A stretch of 64,000 nucleotides of DNA from Candidatus Eiseniibacteriota bacterium (GCA_963762255.1 CAVXKA010000001.1:384001-448000), one strand, 5' to 3'. Shown: positions 37,529 to 48,888, counted from the stretch's first letter. Notes: generated by a model not told the origin, from the sequence alone. Numbers and translations: made by a program.

Positions 37529-38980
37529 ATGAAGGAACCCGCGCGCCGCGCCAAGATCGTCGCCACCATCGGGCCCGCTTCGCGAAGCGAGGCGATGCTG
37601 CTTCGCCTCATCCGCGCCGGCCTCGACGTGGCCCGCCTCAACTTCTCGCACGGCACCGCGGAGGAGCACGCCAGGACCGCCACGCTCGTCCGCCGCTTGG
37701 CCAAGGCGGAGGGGCGCACGGTGGCGATCCTCCAGGATCTTCAGGGCCCGAAGATCCGCGTGGGAGAGATCGATGGCACGCTCACACTCAAGCGCGGCGC
37801 GCAGGTCACACTCACGACGCGCTCGCTCGCGCCCACCCCGGAGTCTCGCAGGGCCGCGCTGCGCGCCGGCATCATCCCGGTCACCTACCGCCGGCTCCTC
37901 CGCGACGTGAAGAAGGGCGACACGATCCTTCTCGACGACGGGCTCATCCAGCTTCGTGTTCTGAGCACGACAACGACCGAAGTCGTCTGCCGCGTGATCG
38001 AAGGCGGACCTCTCACCTCGCACAAGGGGATCAACATCCCCGGCCGAAAGCTCAGCACCCCGGCGCTCACTCCCAAGGACCGCCGCGATCTCGCCGCGGG
38101 GGTGAAGATGGGCGTCGACTACGTGGCGCTCTCCTTCGTGCGCGAGGCCGCGGACATCGAAGTGCTGAAGCGCGCGCTACGCCGCCTCAAGGCCGACATC
38201 CCGATCATCGCCAAGATCGAGAAGCCGCAGGCGGTAGAGAACCTCGACGCGATCCTCGAACACGCGGACGGCATCATGGTGGCGCGCGGCGATCTCGGCG
38301 TGGAACTGCCGCCGGAAGATGTTCCGATCCTGCAGAAGCGCATGATCCGCGCCGCGCGCTGCGTGGGGAAGCCGGTCATCACCGCCACTCAGATGCTCGA
38401 GTCGATGATCCACCATCCGCGCCCCACGCGCGCCGAGGCCTCGGACGTGGCCAACGCAATCTTCGACGGGACCGACGCGGTGATGCTCTCCGCGGAGACC
38501 GCGATCGGCGCCTATCCGGAGGAAGCGGTGCGGATGATGTCGCGCATCATCGAGCGCGCGGAGCGGAGCCCGGCCTACCAGTCGCTTCCCTCGCCGGTGG
38601 CCGCGGGCGAGTCGCAGTCCGTGCCGGAGGCGGTGGCGGAGGCGGCGGGCAGCGCGGCGCGCGAGCTCGGCGCCGCCGCCATCGCGGTGTTCACGCAAAG
38701 CGGTGGCACGGCGCGTGTGGTGGCCAAGTTCCGCCCGATCACCCCGGTCTACGCGTTCACTCCCATGGAGAGCGTCCGGCGCAGGCTGGCGCTGGTGTGG
38801 GGCATCCGCCCGCGAGACGTCGCGATGCTCCCCGGCACCGACGACATGATCGACGCGGTCGTGCGCGGGCTCGTCCGCGAGGGCGCGGTCAAGCGCGGCG
38901 ATCTCATCGTGATCACGGCCGGCACGCCGGTGCAGCGGCCCGGGAGCACGAACTTCCTGAAGGTGCACCGAATCGGGTAA
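37529..38980 (+). CDS. pyk: Pyruvate kinase
   Basis: KIVATIGPAS, RLNFSHG, DLQGPKIR, AKIE, MVARGDLGVE and TQMLESM motifs. Confidence 0.97.
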   Translation: MKEPARRAKIVATIGPASRSEAMLLRLIRAGLDVARLNFSHGTAEEHARTATLVRRLAKAEGRTVAILQDLQGPKIRVGEIDGTLTLKRGAQVTLTTRSLAPTPESRRAALRAGIIPVTYRRLLRDVKKGDTILLDDGLIQLRVLSTTTTEVVCRVIEGGPLTSHKGINIPGRKLSTPALTPKDRRDLAAGVKMGVDYVALSFVREAADIEVLKRALRRLKADIPIIAKIEKPQAVENLDAILEHADGIMVARGDLGVELPPEDVPILQKRMIRAARCVGKPVITATQMLESMIHHPRPTRAEASDVANAIFDGTDAVMLSAETAIGAYPEEAVRMMSRIIERAERSPAYQSLPSPVAAGESQSVPEAVAEAAGSAARELGAAAIAVFTQSGGTARVVAKFRPITPVYAFTPMESVRRRLALVWGIRPRDVAMLPGTDDMIDAVVRGLVREGAVKRGDLIVITAGTPVQRPGSTNFLKVHRIG

Positions 38981-39124
38981 CCGGGGCGGGCAAAGGCGCC
39001 CAGGCCGAACGCGCGCGGCCCCGCCGCGAAGCGCCGTCGGCGGGGTTGCCCGATAGGGCCCGTTCCCGCTATCCTTTTCTGTCCCGTCGTCGGCCCGCCC
39101 ACGCCACTGAATCGCTCGGACCGT

Positions 39125-40600
39125 ATGAAACTCGTCATAGTTCCCCGCGCCGAACATTCGATCTCACGCAAGCTCATCGATGAAGATGCGCTCCGGGTGA
39201 TGTACCGCCTCCTCAAGGCGGGGCATCACGCGTATATGGTCGGCGGCGGGGTGCGCGATCTTCTCCTCGGGCGCACCCCCAAAGACTTCGACATCGGAAC
39301 CGACGCCCACCCCAACCAGATGAAGAAGCTCTTCCGCAATTGCCGGCTGGTGGGCCGCCGCTTTCGCCTCGCCCATGTTCATTTCGGCGACAAGATCATC
39401 GAGGTCTCGACCTTCCGCCGCCGCGCGGAGTTCGAGGAGCAGAACGGCGGCGATCTCCTCATCCGCTCCGACAACACGTTCGGAACCCCGGAAGAGGACG
39501 CGCTGCGGCGCGATTTCACCATCAACGGGCTCTTCTACGATCTCGAGACCTTCTCGGTGATCGATTACGTGGGCGGCATCGAAGATCTCCACCGCCGCAC
39601 GATCCGCAGCATCGGGGATCCCGACGAGCGCATCCAGGAAGATCCGGTGCGCATCCTGCGCGCGGTCAAGTTCGCGGCGCGCCTCGGCTTCGACATCGAT
39701 CCTCCGCTCTGGGCGGCGATGGTTCGCAACGCGGCCGACATCCACAAGTGCGCCAAGGCCCGCGTGCTCGAGGAGATCTACCGCCTCCTGCGCGGGGGCA
39801 CCGCCGCCGCCTCGTTCCAACTTCTCGCGGACTGCCGACTCCTCAAGGAGCTACTCCCCGAGGTGACCGAGTTCCTCGACGACTCGCGCTCCGAGCGCGA
39901 CGGCGACCGCCGATTCTGGCAGTACCTGAACGCGATGGACGAGCTGCGTCGCGAGGGTCAGGACATCTCCAACTCGCTCCTCCTGGGGGCGCTGGCCGTT
40001 CACCTGGTGGGATGCGAGGTCGGGGTGGATCGCGAGCGGGAGCCGAATCCGCCGGAGCTGGGCGGCATGATCGACGATCTGACCGCCGAGTGGGTGGACC
40101 GGCTCGGCGTGGCGCGGCGCGATCGCGAGCGCATGGCCCAGATGCTCCGCTCCCAACCGCGTTTCACGCACACTGGTGGGCGCCGTTTCCGCCCGCGCAG
40201 CTTCGTCGCCAAGCACTACTTTCCGGACGCCTTGCAGCTTTTCGCGCTGGGGTGCCAAGCCACCGGACTCGAGTTGGACGCGCTCTCTCGCTGGCAGGAG
40301 TTGAACGAGCAGATGCGCGGGGAAGAGACCCGAGGCGGCGCGGGGGGCGGAACGAAGGCGGCCCTCGGCGAGCGCGACGCAGCGGGAGATCACGCAGCGG
40401 GAGGTAACGCGGGTCGAAGCAACGCGGCGCGAGACAATGCGGAGCCGCTCCCCCGAAGCCGGCGTCGCCGCCGTCGGAAGGATCCCGCCCAGGCCGTCAC
40501 CGCTGTCGCGGTCGAGGCCTTGCCGGTGAAGGTGGAGTCGGAAGAGGATGGCCAGGGCCGGCGGCGACGCCCTCGCCGCCGGCGCCGGCACCGGCGCTAG
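39125..40600 (+). CDS. pcnB: Poly(A) polymerase I
   Basis: VGGGVRD..KDFD, PAP-specific [11 protein letters not shown] signature, RRDFTINGL; Arg-rich tail. Confidence 0.88.
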   Translation: MKLVIVPRAEHSISRKLIDEDALRVMYRLLKAGHHAYMVGGGVRDLLLGRTPKDFDIGTDAHPNQMKKLFRNCRLVGRRFRLAHVHFGDKIIEVSTFRRRAEFEEQNGGDLLIRSDNTFGTPEEDALRRDFTINGLFYDLETFSVIDYVGGIEDLHRRTIRSIGDPDERIQEDPVRILRAVKFAARLGFDIDPPLWAAMVRNAADIHKCAKARVLEEIYRLLRGGTAAASFQLLADCRLLKELLPEVTEFLDDSRSERDGDRRFWQYLNAMDELRREGQDISNSLLLGALAVHLVGCEVGVDREREPNPPELGGMIDDLTAEWVDRLGVARRDRERMAQMLRSQPRFTHTGGRRFRPRSFVAKHYFPDALQLFALGCQATGLELDALSRWQELNEQMRGEETRGGAGGGTKAALGERDAAGDHAAGGNAGRSNAARDNAEPLPRSRRRRRRKDPAQAVTAVAVEALPVKVESEEDGQGRRRRPRRRRRHRR

Positions 40601-40896
40601 TAGCGGTTCCGGGGACGGAAGCCGCCGCGATCTCCGCCGCCGCCGCGCTCATCGCGCGGACGGGCTTCGTTCACGTTCAGGGCGCGGCCGCCGAAGTCCT
40701 GCTTGTCGAGTGCCGCGATCGCGGCATCCGCACCTTCGGCCGCCATCTCCACGAAACCGAAGCCGCGAGGCCGACCCGTTTCGCGATCCGTGATCAGGTT
40801 CACCGAGTCCACGGTGCCATAGTGGGAGAAGAGCTCACGAACCGATTCCTCGGTCGCGTTGAAGGGAAGGTTACCGACGTAGATCCGCTTGGACAT
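40597..40896 (-). CDS. RRM RNA-binding protein
   Basis: IYVGNL (RNP2), RGFGFVEM (RNP1) and a Gly/Arg tail. Confidence 0.95.
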   Translation of the reverse strand: MSKRIYVGNLPFNATEESVRELFSHYGTVDSVNLITDRETGRPRGFGFVEMAAEGADAAIAALDKQDFGGRALNVNEARPRDERGGGGDRGGFRPRNRY

Positions 40897-41024
40897 GTTT
40901 CCTCACTGACTTTCCCGTTAGAAGACGTACGCACCAGTCGCCCACGAGCACCGCACCCCGCACCGGGGCCGACTCTACCACACCCCCCGATCCGGCCCAA
41001 AGCCCCTTCGGCCACCCGAGAAGG

Positions 41025-42023
41025 CTACATATCGCGCCAATTCTCGAGCGGGGCGGGCCGATTCTGGAGGATGCCTTCGATGCGCTCCATCACTTCCGGG
41101 GTCATCCGAACCGCAACCTCGAGCGCCTTCATGTTCTCGGCCACTTGCTCGCGCCGCGAGGCGCCGGTGATGACCGTGCTCACCTGCGGGTTCTTGAGAC
41201 ACCAGGCAATGGCAAGCTGAGCGAGTGTCGCGTCCAACTCCCGTGCTATGGGCTCCAGCTTCCGCACCTTCTCCGCGTTGGCGCGCGCCGCGTCGTTCTC
41301 GAACCCGGCCCGCAGCCACTGCATGTTGGGCAGGCTCAACCGCGAGCCCTCGGGGATCCCCTTCAGGTACTTGCCGGTGAGGAAGCCGCTGGCCAGCGGG
41401 CTCCAGATCGTGAGCCCGAGCCCGACGGTGTCGTAGAGCGGCGCGAACTCGCGTTCCACCTTGTCGCGCTCGAGCATGTGGTACTGCGGCTGCTCCATGA
41501 CGGGAGGCATGAGATGCTCGCGCCGCGCGATCACGTGCGCTTCCATGATCTCGGCTGCGGTCCACTCGCTCGTGCCCCAATAGAAGGCCTTCCCCTGCCG
41601 GATGACGTGATCCATCGCCCACACGGTCTCCTCGATCGGGGTGAGCCGGTCGGGGCGGTGACAGAAGAGAAGATCGACGTAGTCCATCTGCAGACGCTTG
41701 AGCGCGGCGTCGGTCCCTTCGAGGATGTGCTTGCGCGAGAGGCCGCGGTCGTTGGGGCCCTTGCCGCCCCAGAACATCTTGGTGGAGATGACGAGGTCGG
41801 AGCGCTTCCACCCCGCGCGCTTCACGACGTTGCCCATCACGGTTTCGGCCTGACCGCTCGCGTAGGCCTCGGCGTTGTCGAAGAAGTTCACGCCGGCGTC
41901 GTAGGCCTCGACCATGCAGTCGTAGCTGCCGTCGTCCCCGACCTGGCTTCCGTACGTGACCCACGCGCCGAGCGACAGTGCGGAGACCTTGAGACCCGAG
42001 TGGCCGAGACGACGGTATTCCAT
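41025..42023 (-). CDS. Aldo/keto reductase (Kv-beta-like)
   Basis: [27 protein letters not shown] and WSPLASG motifs. Confidence 0.92.
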   Translation of the reverse strand: MEYRRLGHSGLKVSALSLGAWVTYGSQVGDDGSYDCMVEAYDAGVNFFDNAEAYASGQAETVMGNVVKRAGWKRSDLVISTKMFWGGKGPNDRGLSRKHILEGTDAALKRLQMDYVDLLFCHRPDRLTPIEETVWAMDHVIRQGKAFYWGTSEWTAAEIMEAHVIARREHLMPPVMEQPQYHMLERDKVEREFAPLYDTVGLGLTIWSPLASGFLTGKYLKGIPEGSRLSLPNMQWLRAGFENDAARANAEKVRKLEPIARELDATLAQLAIAWCLKNPQVSTVITGASRREQVAENMKALEVAVRMTPEVMERIEGILQNRPAPLENWRDM

Positions 42024-42136
42024 GGGCGATCCTCCTCTTCACGTGCGAATTTCGATATCCGGCGACAGCGCCGGGACGGAGATCGTACCATCACTCGACG
42101 GCCGGGAACGGACCCACCCGGCATGGAGGATCTTGC

Positions 42137-42649
42137 ATGTCACCCGCCGGCGCCGTTCCCGAGTTCCGCATCGTCCCCGCCCGCCGCGAGGACATCCCAC
42201 TCGTCCTCTCCTTCATCCGCGAGCTGGCCGAGTACGAGAGGATGGCCGACCAAGTGGTGGCCACCGAGGCGACGCTGGCGGAAGAGCTTTTCGGCGTGCA
42301 CCCGGTCGCCGAGGTGCTCCTGGGCTACGAAGGCGCCGCGCCGGTCGGCTTCGCCGTCTTCTTCCACAACTTCTCGACCTTCGTGGGACGGCGGGGGCTC
42401 TACCTGGAGGATCTCTTCGTGCGCCCCGAACATCGCGGCAAGGGCTACGGCCGCGCGTTCCTGGTCGAGTTGGCCCGCATCGCCGTCTCGCGCGGGTGCG
42501 GCCGGTTCGAGTGGGCGGTGCTGGACTGGAACGAGCCCGCGATCCAGTTCTACAAGAAGCTCGGGGCTGTGGCGAAAGACGAGTGGACGGTGTTTCGGGT
42601 GGACGGCGCCGCGCTCACGGCGCTGGCATCGGGCAAGCCTGCGGACTGA
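42137..42649 (+). CDS. GNAT acetyltransferase (spermidine/spermine N1-acetyltransferase-like)
   Basis: ELAEYE, FSTF, LYLEDLFVRPEHRGKGYG and VLDWNEPAIQFY motifs. Confidence 0.9.
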   Translation: MSPAGAVPEFRIVPARREDIPLVLSFIRELAEYERMADQVVATEATLAEELFGVHPVAEVLLGYEGAAPVGFAVFFHNFSTFVGRRGLYLEDLFVRPEHRGKGYGRAFLVELARIAVSRGCGRFEWAVLDWNEPAIQFYKKLGAVAKDEWTVFRVDGAALTALASGKPAD

Positions 42650-42670
42650 TCGCCGGCGTCGCGCGCGGTC

Positions 42671-43291
42671 CTATCGACCGTTCGCGGCGCGCTCCTCCAC
42701 CGGCGCGAGCCCGAGCGTCTCCACCGCCGCGGCCAGCCGCGACTGCCTGTCGGGATCGGGCGCGAGCGCCTTTCCGACGGCCTCGGAGAGCGGGAGCGGT
42801 TCCTCCGTGGCGAAAAACGCCAGCCGCGCGAACACGTCGCGGAACCGGCGCTCGTTCCAACTGCCCGACCGCACATCCAACTCGCCCAGATGATCGAGGA
42901 ACACTTCCACGCCTTCGTTCCGCGAGTGGACGGCCACGTCGAGGGCGCCGCGTCCCAGAAGATCGCGCACGCTCACCATCGCGGCCAGCAGCGCGGCCGG
43001 CGACACTTCGGAAGCCACCCACTCGGTCGGCCGCTCGCCGTACTCCACGAGGACGACGCCGGGCCGCCCGGAGAGGGATCGCACGACATCGAGAAACGCC
43101 TGCGTGATCCGCGGGTGATCGCCGCGCGCGGCGAAATGGATGACCCCGCCCGGTTCGGTGCGCACACGGTAGCGGGGAACCGCCGGGGCCTCGGGGCGTT
43201 CCACGCGGCGACGCCCGAAGAGCCCGCGCCACCCGGAGAAGCCGCACCACTTCGGCAGGGCGCGGAGCTTCGCGATCCGGCCGATCCTCAC
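42671..43291 (-). CDS. Hypothetical protein
   Basis: GTG 43291 overlaps the amylase TGA (GTGA coupling); globular-looking 206-aa product. Confidence 0.6.
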   Translation of the reverse strand: MRIGRIAKLRALPKWCGFSGWRGLFGRRRVERPEAPAVPRYRVRTEPGGVIHFAARGDHPRITQAFLDVVRSLSGRPGVVLVEYGERPTEWVASEVSPAALLAAMVSVRDLLGRGALDVAVHSRNEGVEVFLDHLGELDVRSGSWNERRFRDVFARLAFFATEEPLPLSEAVGKALAPDPDRQSRLAAAVETLGLAPVEERAANGR

Positions 43292-46200
43292 CGCAGCACG
43301 ACCCGCGTGGAGGAGATCGAAACGCCGTTCGCGGCAACGCGCGCGAAGTAGACACCGCGCGCGAGCGAGCCCGCGCCAAAATCCAGGCGCACTTCGGCCG
43401 GACCCGCGGGGAGCATTCCCGCGAACGGCGTCGCCACCCGACGGCCGCGGATGTCGAACAGATCGAGTGTGACCATGGCCTCGCGCTCCAACCGGAACCG
43501 CGCGGTTCCGGCGCCGGACAGTGGATTCGGAAACACCGAGAGAAACGGCGGAGGCGGCTCGCCGCCCCCTCCGGGCGTCCCGGTAGAGGTATCGGCGGCC
43601 ACGCGCACGATTCGAGCGACGGCGGTCCCGCCGCTGGAGTCGGTGAAGGGTTCGCCCGATCCGGTGTCCACCACGTAGAGGGCGCCGTCGGGGCCGATGG
43701 TCAGGCAGTCGCTGGCGAAGAGGTTGCCGAACCCGCTGGCCAGCACGCTGATCGCGCCGGCGGGCGTGATGCGCAGCACGGTCTCCGTGGCGATGTTGGC
43801 CACGAGCAGGTCGCCCTCGAACTGCCCTCTCGTGTCCACCACCATTGCGCACACGCCGTTCAAGAGGGTCGGATTCTGCACGAAGGTGCTCAAGGCACCG
43901 GTGGAGTCGGCGAAGAGGATCGACGAGGTGCCGTCGATGCTCGATGCGTACGCGGCCAAATCGGGATCGGCGACCAGGAGCCGCCGGCCGAAACCGAACA
44001 TTCCCAGCGCGGGGGCCACTCCCTCGGCGCCGTTGACCGGCGACGCGAACGGCACGTAGCCGGTGCCCGCTTCGTAGCGCTCCACCCGGTTGGATGTGTT
44101 GCTGACCAGGTAGGGAAACCCGCCGAGCGGCCCGGCGGGCAGACAGGCCAGGGCGCCGGTGTTGGTGGCGTTCGTGCCGGCGGCGATCTGGCTCACCACA
44201 CCCGCCGAGGTCACGCGAAGAAGTCCGTTGGGATCGGCGATCACGAGGTCCCCCGCGAAGGCGCCCGCATGATCGAAGTCGAGCCCTTCGGGCTTGCTCA
44301 GGAACGAACCCGACGCCAGCACGCTCACGGTGCCGGCGGTCGTGATGCGCAGCACGCGATTGTTCAGCGCGTCGCCCACATAGATGTTGTCGCTCCACGC
44401 ACCGCTCTCGCCGGCCGCGATCCCCATCGGCACGCCGATCCCGCTTCCCGACGCGAACTCGGTGGCGTGGAAACCGGAGGCCACGGTGAGACCCGGGATC
44501 CCACCCGCGATCGTGAAGAACGTCTCGAAGGCGACCCGCATCGGCGTGGCGTCGGAGGCGGTCGCCGAGGCGTCCAGGTGCAACGCGATCACGCTCCCCT
44601 CGGACCAGTCCTGCGACGGCGTGAACACCACCGCGCTGTCGGCCTCCCAGGTGAAGGCGCCGGGCACCGCAGGAATCACCGAGAACGCGGCCTCGACCGA
44701 CGCGTGGTTCATCGCCCGGTTGAAGCCGAGTCGCAGCGCGGGCCGCGGCGAGGCCGTCGTGGCCGCATGCGCCGGCGACTGCGTGTCCACCGCCGGCGTG
44801 GCACCGGTAACCGCCGACGACCGAACGAGGATGCGTGCATGCCGCGCGGGCACAGTCAGGCTGATGGATCCGCCGGAACCCACGCTCAAGCTGAACGACG
44901 GATCGCGCAGATCGGCGAGCGCTGTCCCGAAGGTCCATCCCGTCGAAAGGGATCCGCTCGAGCGCGCGGCCGAGGAGGAGTTCAACACCACCACGACGTC
45001 CTCGGTGGCGCCCGCGCGGCGGTACGCGTAGATGCCGGCGCCGGCTTCGCTCTTCAACTCCGTGAAGGCCCCGGTGCGCAGCGCGTCGTAGCGCGAGCGG
45101 ATGTCGTTCAAGTCACGCGTCCGCTTGTAGAGCGGGTGGGTCATGTTGAAGTTGTCGCCCAGGCTCGGGCCGTACTCCCACGCCCCGTCCCACATGTCTT
45201 CGCGATCGTAGGGATCGCCCCCACCGTCGAACGCCTGCTCGGTCCCCTGGTAGACGCAGGGCACGCCTCGCGTGGTGAGCATGAAGTCGAGGGCCGCGTT
45301 GAGCTTGGTAGCGTCCTGGGCTGCCCCGCCGGAAGAGAGGAATCGCGCCACATCGTGGTTGTCGAGAAAGGTGACCAGCCTCTCCTGCGCGGCGGGGTCA
45401 TAGTTGCCGAGCGCGGCGTAACGATCGGTGAGAAGCGACGTGCGCTGGCCGAAGGCGAAGACATTGTCCATCGTCCACTTCATCGGGAAGTAGAGCACCG
45501 AATCGAGCGTGAAGGCTCCTCCCGCCTTGGTCCCGGTGTAGGAACCGCACTTGGCGTCGCTCCCGTCGAACACCTCGCCGTAGAAGAAGATGTTGTTCTT
45601 GCCGAGCGACGCGGCGTGGGCGCGCACGGCCGGCGTCCACGTCTGCCAGAACGGCATGTCCACGTGCTTGACGGTGTCGATGCGAAAACCGTCGCAGTCC
45701 GACACGTCGATGAGCCAGTTCATGGCATCCACGAGTCCCGCGACCACGGACGGATCCTCGGTCTTGAGGTCGTCCAGGCTGGAGAGCTCCCCCAACACCT
45801 GGTCGGGGTCCACCCAGTTCTGGATCCCCCCGTTGTTGTGGAACCAAGCCAGGTTATTGAAGAGCCCTCCCGGCCGCTTGCTGGTCCGCCACCGCAGCAC
45901 GTAGGGGCTCGGGTCATCGTGGAACGCGGGGTATCCGGAAGTGCCGGAGTCGATCATGTCCCCCATGTGGTTGCAGACGATGTCGACCACAAGGTACATG
46001 CCGCGAGCGTGCAGCGCGTCGGCGAGCGCGCGCAATTCCGCCTGGGTGCCGAAGTGGGGGGCGATCGCCTTGAAGTCCCGCGCGGCGTAGCCGTGGTGCT
46101 CCCCCCAGACGTTGACCACCACCGGGCTGATCCAGATCGCCTTGAAGCCCAGCCCCTGGATGTAGTCGAGTTTCTCCATGACCCCCGCGAAGTCCCCGCC

Positions 46201-46473
46201 GTGCACGTTGCCCGAGTACCACGAGCCGTCGCCGGCGAACCCGGGGTCGTAAGAGCCCTCCGCGTTGTTGTTGGCCGGATTGCCGTCGAAGAACCGGTCG
46301 GTGAAAATCTGGTAGATCGGCACGTCGCGCCAATCGGCCGGCGACGGTGTATACACGGCGGGTGCAGCGACTGCGGCGGGCGCGCCGAGCGGCACCCGCG
46401 GCGCGAGCGGCAAAGCAAGCGCGAGCGTGAACGCCAACGTGAGCGCAGATGCGATGACAATCCGCCGCATCAT
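43288..46473 (-). CDS. Secreted GH13 alpha-amylase-family protein with Ig-like, beta-propeller and CTD domains
   Basis: IYQIFTDRF, GGDF.G, DGFRIDTVKH, GEV and FLDNHD motifs; Big_5-like FNRAMN; tail VFPNP..GVYF. Confidence 0.9.
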   Translation of the reverse strand: MMRRIVIASALTLAFTLALALPLAPRVPLGAPAAVAAPAVYTPSPADWRDVPIYQIFTDRFFDGNPANNNAEGSYDPGFAGDGSWYSGNVHGGDFAGVMEKLDYIQGLGFKAIWISPVVVNVWGEHHGYAARDFKAIAPHFGTQAELRALADALHARGMYLVVDIVCNHMGDMIDSGTSGYPAFHDDPSPYVLRWRTSKRPGGLFNNLAWFHNNGGIQNWVDPDQVLGELSSLDDLKTEDPSVVAGLVDAMNWLIDVSDCDGFRIDTVKHVDMPFWQTWTPAVRAHAASLGKNNIFFYGEVFDGSDAKCGSYTGTKAGGAFTLDSVLYFPMKWTMDNVFAFGQRTSLLTDRYAALGNYDPAAQERLVTFLDNHDVARFLSSGGAAQDATKLNAALDFMLTTRGVPCVYQGTEQAFDGGGDPYDREDMWDGAWEYGPSLGDNFNMTHPLYKRTRDLNDIRSRYDALRTGAFTELKSEAGAGIYAYRRAGATEDVVVVLNSSSAARSSGSLSTGWTFGTALADLRDPSFSLSVGSGGSISLTVPARHARILVRSSAVTGATPAVDTQSPAHAATTASPRPALRLGFNRAMNHASVEAAFSVIPAVPGAFTWEADSAVVFTPSQDWSEGSVIALHLDASATASDATPMRVAFETFFTIAGGIPGLTVASGFHATEFASGSGIGVPMGIAAGESGAWSDNIYVGDALNNRVLRITTAGTVSVLASGSFLSKPEGLDFDHAGAFAGDLVIADPNGLLRVTSAGVVSQIAAGTNATNTGALACLPAGPLGGFPYLVSNTSNRVERYEAGTGYVPFASPVNGAEGVAPALGMFGFGRRLLVADPDLAAYASSIDGTSSILFADSTGALSTFVQNPTLLNGVCAMVVDTRGQFEGDLLVANIATETVLRITPAGAISVLASGFGNLFASDCLTIGPDGALYVVDTGSGEPFTDSSGGTAVARIVRVAADTSTGTPGGGGEPPPPFLSVFPNPLSGAGTARFRLEREAMVTLDLFDIRGRRVATPFAGMLPAGPAEVRLDFGAGSLARGVYFARVAANGVSISSTRVVLR

Positions 46474-47711
46474 CGCGCCCTCACCGCACGCACGGTGCGC
46501 ACGCTTCCTCGGCGGTCTTCCGCGCGAATCCAGTAGATCCCGGGACCGACGTCGAGCCCCGCGGCATCGCGCCCGTCCCATCGCCAGGGTTGTCCCCCCA
46601 CCGCTTCATGCCGCACCACTCGTCCCTCCGCGTTAAGCACCCACATGCGATCCGCCTTCCATGCATCCGTGGACCCCACCGCCACCGAACCCAGAAACGG
46701 GCTCGGCCAGGCGACCAGCCCCGCCATCGTCGCAGGCCCGAGCTCGCCCACTGCAAGCTGCGACGTGTCCACCAACAGCTCACCCATCACGAACCCGGTC
46801 ATCGTCGCCCGGCTCACCCCCAGGAGGTGCGCGATCGTCGCGCCGACATCCTCCTGACGGCGGGGTTGAGAACTGATCACCCCGGGCAGGAAGTCCGGGC
46901 CTCGCGCGATCAGGAAGAGCGTGCGGCAACCCGGGCAGCCGTCGCCGTGCGCTGTGAACCCACCATGCGCGTCGTCGTGACGGCCGTGATCGGCGGTCAC
47001 GATCAGGTCGGTGTCCCCGGCCAGAATCGGGTCGGCCTGGATGAAGTCCCAGAGCGCGCCGGCCAGGGAGTCGGCGCGGCTCAGCGCGCTCAGGTAACCG
47101 GTCCAGCTTCCGGTGTGCGCGGCCAGATCCACCGAGGCAAAGTTGAGGCACATGAAAGTCGGGTGATCGGCCGCCAGCACCGCGGTCGCGGCGCCGAAGG
47201 TCGTGGGGTCATTGCGCAGGGCGACGTTCAACGAGGCACCGTAGGCGGCCCCAAACCCCGGGTAGGTGCTGTACGTGAGGGCCGAGAACTTGTCCTTCCC
47301 TCCGATCATCCAGACCGAGGACTGAGGGAGCCCCTTTTCCTTGCGGAGCAATTCGAAGAGCGTGGGTCGGGTCGGCCGCTGCGTCGCGTCGTTGGCGATG
47401 AGCTGCGTCGTGCCGGTGATGAGGGTGGAGTGCCCGGGGAGGGTCTCCGTCTTCCCCATGTTCGAGAAGGCCGTGATCCACCCGCCGGAGGGGGCGAGCA
47501 TGCCGCTCAGGACCGGCGCGCGCGGGTATCCGGGCTCGGCAAGGAACTCCGTCTGGCGCGGCCCATCGATGACCAGAAGCACGACATGGCCTGCGGCGGC
47601 CCACGCCGAGGCTGCGGCGCCAAAAATCAGGCCGCAGGTGACCGCGACCACCAGGGCGAAGCGTCGTCTCAGCCCCCCGTCAGGGGGCCTGCGCCAGGAA
47701 AAGCGGGTCAT
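46470..47711 (-). CDS. Secreted alkaline phosphatase/phosphodiesterase superfamily protein with CTD
   Basis: LLVIDG, T.PGH..LITG, D.AAH and TADHG motifs; tail WDGRD..PGIYW. Confidence 0.8.
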   Translation of the reverse strand: MTRFSWRRPPDGGLRRRFALVVAVTCGLIFGAAASAWAAAGHVVLLVIDGPRQTEFLAEPGYPRAPVLSGMLAPSGGWITAFSNMGKTETLPGHSTLITGTTQLIANDATQRPTRPTLFELLRKEKGLPQSSVWMIGGKDKFSALTYSTYPGFGAAYGASLNVALRNDPTTFGAATAVLAADHPTFMCLNFASVDLAAHTGSWTGYLSALSRADSLAGALWDFIQADPILAGDTDLIVTADHGRHDDAHGGFTAHGDGCPGCRTLFLIARGPDFLPGVISSQPRRQEDVGATIAHLLGVSRATMTGFVMGELLVDTSQLAVGELGPATMAGLVAWPSPFLGSVAVGSTDAWKADRMWVLNAEGRVVRHEAVGGQPWRWDGRDAAGLDVGPGIYWIRAEDRRGSVRTVRAVRAR

Positions 47712-47889
47712 CTAACCCCCTGCCGTTGCAAAACCCGATGCCTCCCCCTATAGTCCGGTCGACCTCATGCCGATCGGGACGGTACAGAGGGCACCCACCC
47801 GTCCCCGCTCGGAAGGCAGTGGATCACGGCAACCCCTCCTGAGCCGCTCCGCCGCCAACAGCCCGCGACAACCTTTCGAACAGGACGAC

Positions 47890-48888
47890 ATGAAGTCTAC
47901 CAGGAAGCAGAGCGTTTCTTACGTGCGCTCCGGGGCCCTCACCCGGATATTGCTCGTGCTCACCTGGGTCCTCCTCGCCGTCGCCACCCCTCGGGGGCTC
48001 CACGCCGACTTCTCCGTCTTTCGCGCGCCCTCTCACATCGTGAGCCTCTTCGCCCTCCCGGGTGAGGACGTGCCCTTCGATCTGGCCACCTACGCGGGCA
48101 CGGTGCCGAAGCTTCTCGATCGCTACCAGATCGAATCCTCGGATGGGATCCAGGTGGTGCTCGAAGACAAGTGCCGATTCGTTCTGACCGCGCCAGGGGA
48201 GGTCGGAATCTACCCGGTCAGCTTCCAGGAGCTCACGGAACCCGGCATCCCCAAGCCTCTCCCCTACCGGGTCCAACTCGTCGTCATGCGCCCCGCCACC
48301 GAGGCGGTCAACGGGGTTCTCAACGGGTACCCCATCGGGGTCTATCCGACCGGTGACTCGAACCAACCTTGGCAATTCGAGTTCCCGCGAGGTTTCGTGG
48401 AGATCACGGAGACGAACCGGAGCACCCTGCTCAGCGACCACATCAGCCTCTCCGACATCGAGTGCAAGCTCGACGCCCCGTTCCCGCGGTACGCTGCTGT
48501 TCGGACCTCCCTGCTGATGAAGCTCGAAGGTCTGGCCGACCAGCTCTTGCAGCGCGGCTTGCCCGGCGACGCGATCAAGGTGCTGAGCGGATTCCGCACC
48601 CCCGGTTACAACTCCGAAGTCGGTAACCGCACGACCTTCAGCCGACACGTCGTGGGGGACGCCGCCGACATCTACATCGACCATGACGGGAACGAAGCCA
48701 TGGACGATCTCAACGGCGATGGGCGGGTGAACCGCCGCGATGCCATGCTCCTGCTCGAAATCGTGGACGAGATGGATCACTCCGAGGACTACTCGGCCCT
48801 CGTGGGCGGCGCGTCCGCCTACCGCACCACGGGCTCCCACGGCCCCTTCGTCCACGTCGATACCCGAGGCTACCCGGCCCGCTGGTAG
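47890..48888 (+). CDS. Peptidase M15A (D-Ala-D-Ala carboxypeptidase-like) secreted protein
   Basis: SGFRTPGYN, SRHVVGDAAD and FVHVDTRG motifs; EF-hand-like DLNGDG. Confidence 0.85.
   Translation: MKSTRKQSVSYVRSGALTRILLVLTWVLLAVATPRGLHADFSVFRAPSHIVSLFALPGEDVPFDLATYAGTVPKLLDRYQIESSDGIQVVLEDKCRFVLTAPGEVGIYPVSFQELTEPGIPKPLPYRVQLVVMRPATEAVNGVLNGYPIGVYPTGDSNQPWQFEFPRGFVEITETNRSTLLSDHISLSDIECKLDAPFPRYAAVRTSLLMKLEGLADQLLQRGLPGDAIKVLSGFRTPGYNSEVGNRTTFSRHVVGDAADIYIDHDGNEAMDDLNGDGRVNRRDAMLLLEIVDEMDHSEDYSALVGGASAYRTTGSHGPFVHVDTRGYPARW

Noticed and set aside
39125-40600. CCA-adding enzyme
   Set aside because: It contains the poly(A) polymerase-specific LVGRRF signature, so it is called pcnB.
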